64,000 bases of DNA from Octopus sinensis (GCF_006345805.1 NC_043008.1:42780001-42844000); one strand, 5' to 3'. Numbered from the stretch's first letter, positions 25,655 to 37,913 are shown. The notes: generated by a model from the letters alone, not told the origin. Numbers and translations: made by a program.

Positions 25655-25826
25655 ATATAATATATACACATATATATATATATATATGGCTGTATGTATG
25701 TATGTATGTATGTATGTATGTATGTATGTATGTATGTATGTGTCATGTATGTATGTATGTATGTATGTATGTATGTATGTATGTATGTATATATAATCAA
25801 ATCAAATACACGAACAATAATAATAA

Positions 25827-26178
25827 GTAGAGCGCTCAGAGAGCGCAAACCTCTGCCAGGACAACACCAGCATCCTCTCAACAATTAGCCAGAGATGATT
25901 TTTAAAATGAGAATATCTAAAATAAACTCATCTGCTCTCACAAACGGGAATACTAAAAATGAATCCAACCATTCTAAAAAATTAAGTAAAACAAAAAACA
26001 GAAAAATAATCCAGAATCCTTGTCTGGAACCAGATCAATCCTCAAATCTACTCAGTTCATGCCAGTCACAAGGCCAAACATCCTTGAAAGTTTCATCCAA
26101 ATCCATCCAGCGGTTTTTGTGATATCTTGTCTACAGACAAACAAATAAACATGACTGAAAACAATACCTCCGCCTTAT
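25827..26178. mobile_element. Non-autonomous DNA-type element (HINE-like?)
   Basis: Terminal hairpin gagcgctcagagagcgc followed by aacctctgcc; aatacctccgcc near the other end; aaagtttcatccaaatcc...acagacaaacaaa block typical of such elements (recalled, not verified). Confidence 0.45.
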
Positions 26179-26182
26179 AGCA

Positions 26183-26316
26183 AAAAACAACAAGAGGACG
26201 TGCACAAGGAATGCATTAGTTTGACACTCAATAAAATAGTTTTTGATGTTTCGAGCAATAGCTCTTCGTCGGAAAGGAGAACGGGAGAAGTCCAAAGAAG
26301 GAAGACAGATCGCCAA
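26183..26316 (-). mobile_element. Family H1 repeat with hammerhead-like motif
   Basis: Minus strand ttt/CCGACGA/a-gagc-tatt-gctc/GAAA-ca-TC/aaa; flanks homologous to 18420-18592. Confidence 0.65.
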
Positions 26317-26635
26317 GTAACATGTGTGTAATTACTTTGCAAATATATGTATTTGGATGTATGTGTGTACATATAAATCTAGCAAGGAAAAGGTTATAAT
26401 TTGACTTTGAAGTTTTGGCTGGTAAGTTCAACCTTCGAAGTCACTATCAACCTTTTTCTTGTGACAAATAAAATAAATATATACTCTACTGGAAAGTACT
26501 GAGTCATATGTAAACTCAGTACAGTTTAGTTTAATGTTAAATGGATTTAACACACACACACACATATACACACACGTATATTTATAGAGACGCACACACA
26601 CATATAGGATAAAGAGATAGCCACATCGACTGGGG

Positions 26636-26679
<44 letters not shown>

Positions 26680-26840
26680 TATATTATATATATATATACA
26701 CTTAGACAAAGAGTTACTTTTTTTCTTAGGAAATAGACATCTCGATTAAATGAATAAGATTTCAGAAATCAGTTAAATGCATATATAGAATAGTAAATAC
26801 GTAGACAAAAAATGAAGTGATAGTGAAAAGTGTGTGTGTA

Positions 26841-26885
<45 letters not shown>

Positions 26886-27636
26886 CGGTAGTTTTGGTTA
26901 GGTGTTTAAAAGTTAAATCTAATAAAGGAGAGAGGAGAGACCAATTCTAAAGACTTAGCTGGGGACATTATGGAAATAATGGGGAGGGGCGGTTTATACT
27001 GAGATACCAATTGCCGTGTGTGTCTGTGTGTGTGTGTGTGAAAGAGAGAGAAAAGAGCGAGAAAGGTAGAGAGAGAGAGAGAAGGAGAGAGAAGACGTGT
27101 GTGTGTGTGAGAGTGCATTTGTGCGTATGTATGTGTGTGCGCGCATAAGTCTTTGATAGTGTGTGATTGTATGATACTATATGTATGTCTGTCTGTGTGT
27201 GTGTATGATAATATGTGTATGGTAGTGTGTAGTGTGTGTGTGAGTGTGTGAGCATGTATATGCTACTGTGTGTACGTGTGTGATTATTGTAGCCAGAAAC
27301 ACTGCACCTCTTTCGCCCCCCCCCCGCCTCCGCCACTGCTTGCTCGTTGTTGTCGTCAGTGAAGATATCTAAATGTTTGGCCGTAAGTAGCTACCGGCAT
27401 CTGGTAATCGATATTCGATTTGCAAGTTATACGTTTGCTGCAGTACAGTAGAAGAGAGCCGAGTGTGCTGTACTCCACTGTACTCTAGCGTACAGGAGAG
27501 CCGCAGTGACAATAACGTCAGCAGACTTCCCAGCTTCAAACGAACACGAAACGGGAAGGAAAAAAACCAGATATCGCCTCTATACATGTATACACACACA
27601 CACACCTATATATATATATATATATATATATAATAG

Positions 27637-27667
<31 letters not shown>

Positions 27668-27899
27668 GTATGTATGTATATGTATACATACATATACATA
27701 TATATGCATGTGTACATGCGAAAATATACATTTACGTATACACACACACGCACACGTATATGCATGCATACACATATATACGCTTGTATTCGCAAAAAAG
27801 TGCTAGCACAGATACATACAAACACATGTACATACATGCGTACGTGTATACTTACATACACACACACATGCACACATACACACACACACACATACATAG

Positions 27900-28237
27900 G
27901 GGTAAATGCCCTCTTCGGTCAAAAATGGGCATGGGATTGCATCTAGAAAGTTTCCCTCCGAGGCACAAGTCCAGGCAAGGTTGTCTATTGAAGACCGGAA
28001 GTCACTCATGCATGCCAGTCTCTCCTCTCCATGCCACTGCTGTTGTCCCAAGAGAAAGGCAAAGGCTGATACAACTTCGCGCTAGTGACGTCGCAACTCA
28101 TTTCAACAGCTGAGTGAACTGGAGCAACATGAAATAAAGTGTCTTGCTCAAGAGCACAACACACAACCCGGTCCGGGAGTCGAACTCCGTATCTCATGAT
28201 TATGAGCATGATGTAATAACCACCCACTGAGCCATGC
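27900..28237 (-). mobile_element. tRNA-derived SINE family C-related
   Basis: Minus strand gcatggctcagtgg (A box), gagttcgactccc (B box), then gtgctcttgagcaagacactttatttcatgttgctccagttcactcagctg. Confidence 0.85.
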
Positions 28238-28274
28238 TTGCTCGTTGTTGATATATATATATATATTATATATA

Positions 28275-28312
<38 letters not shown>

Positions 28313-28684
28313 CTTGGGTATGGAAAGGTAGGCAGTGCCTACCTAGGTATATTGAAATAGATTATAGAACATTTATTTTATGGCAAAATATGGACCGAAT
28401 TCAATAAAATTATGAAGGTTACTCTGATTACTCTGCATAACATGCAAAATATTTTATTTTTTTTGTAGATTAGGTAAGCACATAATTTGCCCCTCTCCTT
28501 CAATCTCAGTATTTAAACTACGCATAGAACTACTGTAGTACACATGCTGGGTACATTCCTACAACAGCGTTTTCTTTACGTGCTGTAAAGGCAGATGTAA
28601 ATCTGCCTTCAACTCAGTCGCACACCTGTATTTCGTAATTATTGACGGCATATGCCTGATATATATACACACAGGCACACATGC

Positions 28685-28740
<56 letters not shown>

Positions 28741-28779
28741 CACATGTATGTGTATATGTGCGCATGTGTGTATCTAGGC

Positions 28780-28960
28780 TGTCAATTGGCGAAGTTGTGA
28801 GAGCGACGGCAAGTTTGTTTTCCAGTAATTGTTCCGGCTCTTAATGCTCTGTGTTCCATTCCCAACGTTGTCAACTTTGCCTTTCCTCCTTTAGGGGGGC
28901 CAATAAATAAAGTACAAGCCCTATTCTGGGGTCGGTTCAATCAGCTCCTTCTATCACTTT
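28780..28960 (+). mobile_element. SINE family A, very degenerate
   Basis: gtcaactttgcctttcctcctttagggggg..aataaataaagtac core. Confidence 0.55.
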
Positions 28961-29022
28961 CTGGGACAAAGCCATTACTTATTGCAGTGCCTACGACCAT
29001 ATAACGTTCTTAGATTTTCTGC

Positions 29023-29244
29023 GGCGGTGAGCTGGCAGAATCATTAGCACGCCGGACAAAATGTTTGGCGTCATTTCATCCGTCATTATGTTCTGAGATC
29101 GAATTCTGCCAAGGTCGACTTTGCCTTTCATCCTTTCGGGATCGATAAAATAAATACCAGTTGATCACTGGCGCTGATCTAATCGACTTACCACGTTTCC
29201 CCGAAATTGCTGGCCTTGTGCGAATATTTAAAATCAACATTATT
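29023..29244 (+). mobile_element. SINE family A
   Basis: ggcggtgagctggcagaatc...gtcgactttgcctttcatcctttcgggatcgataaaat...ggccttgtgc. Confidence 0.9.
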
Positions 29245-29685
29245 AGTTTTTCTGTCAAGTGCTAAGAGGAGAAGAAATTTCCGAAAAGTTATAAATTCTA
29301 CAAATTTCCCATTGAAAAGATGTGACTCTGTGTAAAATGTCCATATCTAACAACTTAGGAACACACAACCACTTTATATGAAGCTCTAGCTTTTCTTTTC
29401 GTTCTTCTCATTCCACTCTTTGCGTCAACCTTCTCGTTATATTTTCTTCTCGTTTTTTTTTCTCATGTTTTCTCATAGCCCAGCGTCCGAGTTTATAAAT
29501 ACGTCTAACGTTATGAACTGATCTCGAAAAGATGGCTCGGAGATAAATGGCATGTTACGTAAATCTGCCAGTTCACTGCGTCCTTAAGCATGAAATTATT
29601 AAGAGCTCTTTTGTAATTGATGTATCATTGATAAATGATATTTGTCTCTCACCAGTTGGAGTACTTTTCTGTTGGTCCTGTAAAC

Positions 29686-30138
29686 TATGTATGTATGTAT
29701 GTATGTGTGTATGTGTGTATGTATGTATGTATGTATGTTTGTATGTATGTATGTACGTATGTATGTATGTATGTGTGTATGTGTGTATGTATGTATGTAT
29801 GTATGTATGTATGTATGTATGTACGTATGTTTGCATGTATGTGTGTATGTATGTCTGTATGTATGTATGTATGTATGTATGCATGTATGTATATTTTGCT
29901 TTATGTATGTATTCCCATGCATATAGACGCATATCTAGACATACTCGTATATATTCAAATGATAAACTTCTGGAAAGTTTTACAGATTTTTACAGTTCTA
30001 GTGATGGAATGGATCTGTAGTCTTCGAATTAGCTTCTCCATTCTGGTTTTGAGAAGCATAATTTCTCTAGAATGGTACTTAGGCAGTATGTTATATATCC
30101 TAAGACGCCAATAATTACAGGTATAAACCCAAACTTGT
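29686..30138 (-). mobile_element. RLE (R4-like) retrotransposon, CATA family, 5'-truncated copy with (CATA)n
   Basis: KFGFIPVIIGVLGYIT...KLIRRLQIHSITRTVKICKTFQKFII* plus UTR and (CATA)n. Confidence 0.88.
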
Positions 30139-30282
30139 ATGTATGTCATTGTTCCATTTTCATTTCAAGATTTCTTGCCAATAGAGAAAGAACCGGTTTC
30201 TATCCTGGATCCAAGGCTTCTTCATTGGAATTTCAACATAACAATAGGGTAGTTTTGTTTGCTTGTTTGTTTGTATGTATGC

Positions 30283-30315
<33 letters not shown>

Positions 30316-30683
30316 TGTATGTATGTATGTATGTGCATATTTTTATGTTTTACGTATGTATTCCCATGCATATAGCTGCATATCTAGACATGTTCATGTA
30401 TATTTCAATGATAAACTTCTGGAACGTTTTACAGATTTTTACAGTTCCAGTGATGGATTGGGTCTGTAGTCTTCGAATTAGCTTTCTCCTTTCTGGTTTT
30501 GAGAAGCCTAATTTCTCAAGATTGGTATTTAGTCAGCGTGTTACATATCCCAGTGCCCCAATAACTACAGGTATAAACCTGAACTTGCAATCTGGATAGA
30601 GTAACTGCAGATTTCTCAATAGTTCAGCGTAGGTGTTCTCTTTTTCACTGATCTTCATCTTTATGTTAACATCCGTTGGACAG
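30139..30683 (-). mobile_element. RLE (R4-like) retrotransposon, CATA family, longest copy
   Basis: CPTDVNIKMKISEKENTYAELLRNLQLLYPDCKFRFIPVVIGALGYVTR*LNTNLEKLGFSKPERRKLIRRLQTQSITGTVKICKTFQKFII (RLE EK..Y..L...P.VIGALG motif); bipartite 3' UTR with internal (CATA)n. Confidence 0.9.
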
Positions 30684-30694
30684 AATGTGTGCTA

Positions 30695-31102
30695 TATGTA
30701 TGTATGTATGTATGTATGGATGTATGTATGTATGATGTATGTATGTATGTTGTATGTATGTATGTATGTATGTATGATGTATGTATGTAGTAGTGTGGTA
30801 TGTATGTATGTATGTTTGTATGTATGTATGTAGTAGTATGTATGTATGTATGTATGAATGTATGTATATATGTATGCATGTATGTATGTATATGTATGTA
30901 GGTATGTATGTATGTAATGTATGTAAGTATGTATGTATGTATGCATGTATGTATGTATGTATGTATGTATGTATGTATGGTATGCTGTATGTATGTATGT
31001 TTGTATGTATGTATGTATGTATGTATGTATGTATGTATGGTGTATGTATGTATGTATGTTTGGTATGTTTGTGTAATGTATGTATGTATGTATGTATGTA
31101 TT
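30695..31102. repeat. (TATG)n array
   Basis: Imperfect tetranucleotide array. Confidence 0.96.
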
Positions 31103-31429
31103 TAGAAAAAGAGAAAGAGAACGCTACGTCGGTATATGTAAATCATGTTTTATCAAGGGATACATTAATTCTTGCAAAGAATTAATTAAGATCTTTCATC
31201 AGACTTAATAAAACTTGTTGCCATAGTGACATGTTTGCCTTCTCTCCATAACGTATAGAGTCACGTGATCAAAATTGTATGTTTTGCTTTTGTTTCTATT
31301 TGTCTTTGGACAGCACGAGATTCTATATCTTCGTGATGTATGTCTTGGCGGACCATTTTTGTATGATACCAATTCTTCTAAATGCTATAGGCAAGTTGTA
31401 TAAATGCATTCGTATATTTATGCATATGT

Positions 31430-31561
31430 ATGCGAACCACAAGACCCTGAGTTCGATCTCATTGCGTGACATATTGGGCAAATGTCATTTTCTACAGACT
31501 CCGGTTGACTTGAACTTTCTAAGTGAAATTGGGTAAATGGAAACTATAGAGAAGCCCGTCG
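31430..31561 (+). mobile_element. SINE family B, degenerate
   Basis: aaccacaag..gagttcgatc..gggcaaatgtc..ggaaactatagagaagcccgtcg. Confidence 0.65.
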
Positions 31562-31570
31562 GGTGGATTG

Positions 31571-31623
<53 letters not shown>

Positions 31624-33194
31624 ATATTACAGGGATAAAATGCGATGAAGTTCTGCTTTAGTATTAGTAGTAGTATGTGGTGGTAGTGGTGGTAGTAGTG
31701 GTAGTAATCGCAGTAGCAGTAGTCATAGCAGTCGTAGTAGTATTAGTAGTAGTAGAAAGAACCTTCTAGTTTCTATCTGGGATAAATTGAAACCAGTTTC
31801 AACGTCCGCCTCCGTTCATCTGAACGGGAAGGGAAAGCGAACTAAAACCGTTACCCTGGGGCTAAGAACCATAATAAAAGCACTGATATTAAAAAAAAAA
31901 TACCCTTTACTCTCTATTAATGTTATTTTAAAGCAAAATCCGGCCAAGCGCCATTGCTAAACCAACTTCTGTCGTACCACCTTTCGCTTATTCTGCCTCT
32001 GTTGTCATACTTGTTCATCCGCAGCCATGTTTGGTGATATTCTGTCTTATTAAATATCGAAACGAACATTGGTTTATCTTTTTAACATTGTCAGAAATTC
32101 AAGTTAATACGAACGTGTGACGTTCATGCATTATTACCAATATTTGCGATGTAAAAGAATTCTGTTGACTCCAAGTAGAAACGAAAATCAGTTAATATAA
32201 AATTTACTTCAAACTTCAAATATTCGTCCTTTAGCAACGAGTAAAAAAAAAATCCATGAAAATGACAGAATAAAACTAGGAAGATAGAAAAAAAAAAGAA
32301 AAAGCAAATGGCGGAAAACTAAAATATAAACTTTTGCTTTTAGTCTATTGTTAAAATAGAAAGGAATAAATAATTCGTATTTTCTCGCCTGTAAAAACCT
32401 GGGATAGATAAATAACCTTGATTTTGTCGACAACATTGATTAGATACACTCTCTCTTTTAACATTACAATACAGCATACAACTAACATCCATTTTGTCCG
32501 GAGGCTGATGGAAAAAACTGCTCTCGCAAGCTTCAATATAATAAAAAAACCTCGTTGCTACAATCTACGATGTTCAGTTTTTTCTTCTTTTTATCGTTTT
32601 TTCTTTATTTTCCTTTCTTTTTCTTTTTCTCCATTTTCTTTGATTTGTATCTGTGTAATGGTTTTATCTATCAGTCAGCCTACAGACTGCATTCCATGTA
32701 GATGTTGTACGCATACATGTTTGTCTGTGTGCATGCTTGTATATTCATGTGTCTATGTAAACATGTATTTATTCATATATGTATACAGAATCATTTATAT
32801 ATGCACATATACATGTATATGCACGTGAGTGTGTATATATATAATATATGTACATGTATATCTATCTCTTTATCTATCTAACTCTCTCTCTCTATATATC
32901 CACACGCATGCACACACACACACACACACACACACAGGACACACACGCACATACACACGCACAGAAGCCTGAGAGGATAAAAAATGATCAGCGTCTTATA
33001 AACAAACAGCAGACAGAGAGAGAGAGAGAAAGAGTGACAGAAAGAGCGAGAGAGGTGGAGAGAGAGAGAGAGAGAGTGAGAGAGAAGGAAAGAGAGATTG
33101 TTTCGTTGGTGAGTGCATTCACGTAATTATGTGATTGTGTACGTCTACAATGCTTGCTATTGCTGTATGGATAACGTTATGCTGCTGATGATGT

Positions 33195-33226
<32 letters not shown>

Positions 33227-33332
33227 GTTATGATAATGATGCTAATGTCGGTGATGATGCGATGATTACTAAAATTTAGAGAAGGCCACGTGGATAGATT
33301 AATGCATGGCTTGGTAGTTGCCAGCGAGGCGC

Positions 33333-33376
<44 letters not shown>

Positions 33377-33419
33377 CACACACACACACACACATACACA
33401 CACTATATATATATATCAG

Positions 33420-33622
33420 AGTAAGCACATAAATGCGAAAGAAGGTGGACAACTAGTACTCGAATACCAGAGGTAGAGTAATATCCTTCATTAAAAAGCA
33501 GCAGAAATATCGCAAAAATTGTTAAGAGTTTCACGTTCCCGTTCGTCCGATAGTTTTGTTTGTCCAACAAACGGGAACGTGAAACTCTTGATAACAGTTT
33601 TTGCGATATTTCTGCTGCTTTT
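33420..33622. mobile_element. Family H2 repeat forming a fold-back (33494-33622)
   Basis: aaaagcagcagaaatatcgcaaaaa...gtttcacgttcccgtt / aacgggaacgtgaaac...tttttgcgatatttctgctgctttt. Confidence 0.85.
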
Positions 33623-33639
33623 CAGGAGTCACTACACAC

Positions 33640-33810
33640 ATTTCTTTCTATTTTTGTTTCTCTCCTTGTTTCTTTCTGTGTTCCTTTCTGTGGAAGAGCG
33701 TAGGCTCGAAACGTAAAAGACCTTTTAAATCCATGGCGTTATACTAATACATCTGTTTGTTTTCTACACCACCTGTCTTCGTCTTTTGTTTTTTTCGTGA
33801 ATTCTCCCTA
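33640..33810 (+). mobile_element. Short pLTR-like repeat (family H3) with degenerate hammerhead motif
   Basis: cttt/CTGTGGA/a-gagc-gtag-gctc/GAAA-cg-TA/aaag; second copy at 35435-35600. Confidence 0.65.
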
Positions 33811-34269
33811 CACACACACACACACACACGTAGTATTTGTCTCTTCTTTTTTGCTCTTTTCTTTCCTTATTGATTTTGCTACAAATTCAAGATTTTCTTT
33901 TTGTTTTCTATGTTGATGCTGTAGTTTTGATATTCCTACATATATAGATCTGAAGGAATAATGACTTTCCTTTTCTGTCACGACTACTGCAAATATTATT
34001 TCGTTTATCCTGGTGATATTGATGTTCATGTTTGTTTTCATTAAATCTGTGATAGCCAAGTTTGGACAAAACCAATTCGACTCTGTTCTTAAATTTATCA
34101 AAATCTAGGTAAAAACAGAAATAGAGACGAAAATGTAGCGCCAACAGAATGAAGAGTTGAACTATTCTAGGGAAGGGAATGGACAGCAGAAGAATTATCA
34201 CGACCTGATTGTTGAAAACAACCAACACAGGATCTTAACAATCGTGGGGGGCCTTAACAACTCAAGAAC

Positions 34270-35070
34270 ATCGACATAACGAAAAGCAAATGATTGGAAG
34301 ACACCAGAACAAGATAAACTTTCAAATTTGTGATTAAAACATTCAACATTGACACATGAGGAGGCAGCGGAGGTTTTTTTATGTAAAATATTGCAATTAC
34401 TCAAAAAGTTTTACTGAGAGAAAACCAAAAAAAAAAAAAAAATTTTAATCAGCAGGAGTGAAAAGAAATTCCTAAAACCTGCAGACCCTTAACCTACCTT
34501 CATGAATCATCCAAAACTTGAACTGCGATAATATTGCAGACAATAAAGAAACATCTGGAGAAAATAACAATTTCCAGAAGAGTCGAAGATAAGTTGCAAA
34601 GGTTCAAACGACTTTAGGAAGGAATATCGATCTGCAAAACCATAAACGAGCAGAAAAAGAGGAACAACAACAAAAATTCACCAAAACGCTAAAAATGAGC
34701 CTCAAAAATGGTCGGCTAAATTGATCGTAAGGGAGATCGATAATGATCATAATAGTCGGTCGGATATTGTTGTCAAAGTTCAGTAGGAAAGGAAGTACCT
34801 CTTAATGGAAGCATGAGTTCCAATAAATGGTTATATATCAGGTGTAAAGGAATAGAGGCATTCTCGAAATCTAAGGATTTGGTAACGGAGAGAACTAGAA
34901 TGTGTGAGTTATAAGTGGAACACAGTACTTACAGTCATGAGTGTTCTGGGAATGACACCCCCCAACCAGCAAAACCCCCCTGCAAATACCACAGAACAAA
35001 CATGTGTAGAGATCAGAGAAAACAGCACTCTAAGACATTGGCAACAGATCGTGAGGATTATTGTCAGCAG
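34270..35070 (+). mobile_element. Degenerate R4-like retrotransposon remnants
   Basis: DWKTPEQDKLSNL*LKH...THE (cf. NWK.PG.D...NFWLK), PKTCRPLTYL (cf. YRPITCL) and SKSKDLVTERTRMC...VLGM (cf. KYKDL..E..RMW...GALG). Confidence 0.55.
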
Positions 35071-35183
35071 AACAGAAAACTCCAACGAAACATGGGATGC
35101 ACCTGCGGTACACACTTACGACACACATTGCGGCACACATCTGCGGTACTTGGTAGTACAGGGAATGCAAGCAATGAAAACAT

Positions 35184-35184
<1 letters not shown>

Positions 35185-35233
<49 letters not shown>

Positions 35234-35237
35234 ATAC

Positions 35238-35283
<46 letters not shown>
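35185..35283. repeat. (ACT)n microsatellite
   Basis: Direct tandem repeat. Confidence 0.97.
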
Positions 35284-35284
<1 letters not shown>

Positions 35285-35434
35285 TCTGATTTAGGCACAG
35301 ACTTATTAACTGGAGCCAAGACAGTCGTGGTCACAGGTTTCTACTTCAACAAAGGTAAGCATCTTGACAATCCAATCGGGCCAACCTATCTCTAACAGCT
35401 AAGGTATGTATAGCCACTAAAGCTTTTTAAAAAT

Positions 35435-35600
35435 TTTCTCTCTGTATATTTATCGTGTTCCTTTCTGCTGAACACCATAGGCTCGAAACGTAAAATACTT
35501 TCTCACCTTCTCGAGCGTTAAACTAATACACCTGCTTGTTGTTTACACACCCTATTTCCGTCTTTTGTCTTTTTTTGTAGATTCAAACTATATATATTTA
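35435..35600 (+). mobile_element. Family H3 repeat, second copy
   Basis: Homologous to 33640-33810 (taggctcgaaacgtaaaa...ctaatacac/atctg...gtcttttg). Confidence 0.7.
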
Positions 35601-35698
35601 TATACACTTGAATGTTTATTTATATATTATGTCTCACCTTGCTTTGGAGCTCAAGAACCTCGGTTATTTTGTGAATTTCATGATAGATGTCACCGTGC

Positions 35699-35755
<57 letters not shown>

Positions 35756-35756
<1 letters not shown>

Positions 35757-35919
35757 CGACGGGCTTCTTTCAGTTTCTATCTACCAAATCCACTCACAAG
35801 GCTTTGGTCGGCCTGAGGCTATAGTAGAAGACACTTTCCCAAGGTGCCGCACAGTGGGAGTGAACCTGGAACCATGTGGTTGGTAAGCGAGCTACTTACC
35901 ACACAGTCGCTCCTGCGCC
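35756..35919 (-). mobile_element. SINE family B, 5' half, flanked by (TA)n
   Basis: Reverse complement of 16411-16576. Confidence 0.92.
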
Positions 35920-35929
35920 TATATATATA

Positions 35930-35973
<44 letters not shown>

Positions 35974-36159
35974 AGAATTATGGGCTTAAATTCTTCAAAG
36001 GAATGTTAAACATCCAAGTCCACAGGTTCAATTCAAGCAAAGAATATATAAAAAAACTATATATTCAATATTGGTATTATAAATAAATAAAGTGGAAAGA
36101 AAGGAAAAATATAATCTTAGACGTTGTTTTAATTCAAAGTCGATACAAATCCAATAAAG

Positions 36160-36249
36160 ATCCAACAAGTTGTTTCCAAGCCTAATTAATTCAAAATAAA
36201 GCGAAATATAATCCTTTTGAAATCACAAATTAGGCTTTTCCTCAGGAAT
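36160..36249 (-). ncRNA. Type-I hammerhead ribozyme candidate with intact core
   Basis: Minus strand attc/CTGAGGA/a-aagcctaatt...aattaggctt-g/GAAA-caacttg-TT/ggat: 10-bp stem II, quasi-palindromic stem III, GUU site. Confidence 0.6.
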
Positions 36250-36982
36250 TCATTATTGGAATATAAAGACCTTTACAATAGCCCAGAAAGGAGCAAACAA
36301 TTAAATTATGATAGAAAGAAATTAACCGAACGCCAGACAACCGATCCAAAACAGCAAAAATATGAATCCACTTCAGCGTTGATTCAAATGACAATTCACA
36401 ATATATAAATACTCGTTAACGACATTTGCAATTACCGTCTACACAAAACAAAATAGACAATCAGCCTACAGATAAGTTGATGAAAAAAAGACTATTAACC
36501 ATTAAGAATAATAGAGTTAGCTAATTAAAAGATTAAAGAATTAAAAACCAATATATTATCCACTAAAACGTGATCAATACAATAATTCAAAGTAAATAAC
36601 ATGATTTCAAACGAATAGAAAAGAAATTCTTTTATTTAGAAATGTCTTCCGTGTCTTCCTTCAAGTAAGACAGAGTAGTTTCCCTTTCGTATAAATAAAT
36701 AAATAAATAAATAAATAGATCAAAACGAGTGAAAAATAATTGCAGGAAAAATTCCTTCCATCTCACAATAACAGATAAACCTAAATTAAACCTCTAAAAA
36801 TTTAATATTTAAAATTTATAATAAAAAATTTGAAAGAAAATAAAACCTATTTAAAAAATAATAATATTAGTTAAAATAAAAACTTATATTACTTTACACT
36901 ACAAATTGGACCAAACTAATATATATATATATAAATACATATATACATACATACATACATATAAATATATATACATACACAC

Positions 36983-37085
<103 letters not shown>

Positions 37086-37155
37086 TACATGCACACACAA
37101 ACATATACATATAGATATACATATATACATACACAGACCCCAAGCATAAACATAT

Positions 37156-37432
37156 ATATAAAGAAGAACACAAATGAAGTTTAACATTCTCTACAGCTGT
37201 TCCGGTAGCATTTTATTGATGCGTTAATAAATTACATCATAGCACAAACCCACGATCCTCAGGTAAAATTTCAAACGTCTATAAGCAAGCGAGGTAACAC
37301 ATTGATAATGACTACTTCACAACTGACATGATGGTGGGTTTATGCTATGATGTAATCTACGAATGCATTAATATAATGCTACTGAAACAGCTGTAGTAAA
37401 TTTTAATTCCCATTTATGTTCATCTTTTGATA
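37156..37432. repeat. Diverged inverted repeat, ~105-bp arms
   Basis: ctacagctgttccggtagcatt...attacatcatagcacaaacccac pairs with gtgggtttatgctatgatgtaat...aatgctactgaaacagctgtag. Confidence 0.85.
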
Positions 37433-37489
37433 TCTACGCCACATCTGCAACCAGCTCTGAATGTCAGATCTACGGTTTATTTTGGATTT

Positions 37490-37528
<39 letters not shown>

Positions 37529-37834
37529 CATTCAGCTTCACAGTGTATCGGACCCCACGGCTAAACAAAGGAAACCTCTTAGCAGGAAAAACTCGAGAAC
37601 AGTTCGACTAGTTTCGAGTGGTTATTGTCATCTCGTCTCAATATTTACATGCGATCGTCCTGTAAGTAAACAGTTTGGAGTTTATGGAAACAACGCCGAG
37701 CAACGAGTGAAAGAGAGCGATTTTAATCATTTTCTTATCAAGGTCTTCGCTGTCAGAGTGTTTTAATGAATAACTGCATCCACAGCGACTGTTTACGCAG
37801 AGACGACGAATCAAGAGTGAGATCGTTCAGTACT

Positions 37835-37861
37835 CAGCCAGCCAGCCAGCCAGCCAGCCAA

Positions 37862-37913
<52 letters not shown>
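37835..37913. repeat. (CAGC)n microsatellite
   Basis: Direct tandem repeat. Confidence 0.97.

Noticed and set aside
28326-28346. aggtaggcagtgcctacct hairpin resembling DNA-transposon subterminal motifs
   Set aside because: No matching second terminus or TSD found.
29330-29685. Possible additional internal fragment of the CATA-family ORF
   Set aside because: Translation gives no clear RT or zinc-knuckle motif; cannot be supported without alignment.
30185-30236. Hammerhead-like layout in the CATA-family 3' UTR (minus: CCAATGA...stem...GAAACCGGTT)
   Set aside because: Core differs from CUGAnGA at two positions in all three copies and stem I is poor.
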